64,000 bases of DNA from Azolla caroliniana (Eukaryota > Plantae > Polypodiophyta). Made by a program: the position numbers and the translations under genes. The stretch is taken from contig JBHGNT010000022.1 of NCBI GenBank assembly GCA_043228905.1, positions 11,346,001 through 11,410,000 of the forward strand, read 5' to 3'. Below, in pieces: positions 63,947 to 64,000 of the stretch; positions within the stretch are counted from its first letter, which is position 1, and the number at the start of each line of letters is the position of its first letter. Under the pieces are notes generated by a model, which did not search any database, had not been told where the DNA came from, and saw nothing but the letters and a program-made list of their open reading frames with translations.

Positions 63947-64000
63947 AACCCTCAAGTGAATAATATTAGGCGTTTCTCAACAAAATCTTTGCATGATCAT

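Overview
Eukaryotic land-plant nuclear DNA. Spliceosomal introns, TTTAGGG-type repeats and the PLS-PPR style point to a fern or similar seed-free plant (inference). Host genes: the 3' part of an A-type cyclin, five PLS-class PPR genes (none with an intact DYW deaminase), chloroplast FtsH2/8 and TFIIE-alpha. The right third is a transposon stack: a LINE with a 16-bp TSD containing a solo LTR and a full-length degenerate Copia element. It is followed by a tandem, decaying tRNA-Leu(AAG) array interrupted by a TIR element with a 4-bp TSD that carries a spliced non-transposase gene relic and a second solo LTR. The most notable observation is that two PPR genes carry an N-terminal motif matching the PDF ssDNA-binding motif of plant OSB/PTAC9 proteins, fused to the PPR array. 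One copy is intact and intronless (35393..32820). The other is degenerate, split by an intron and missed by the ORF track (12507..8658). All calls were made by eye; no database searches were run.
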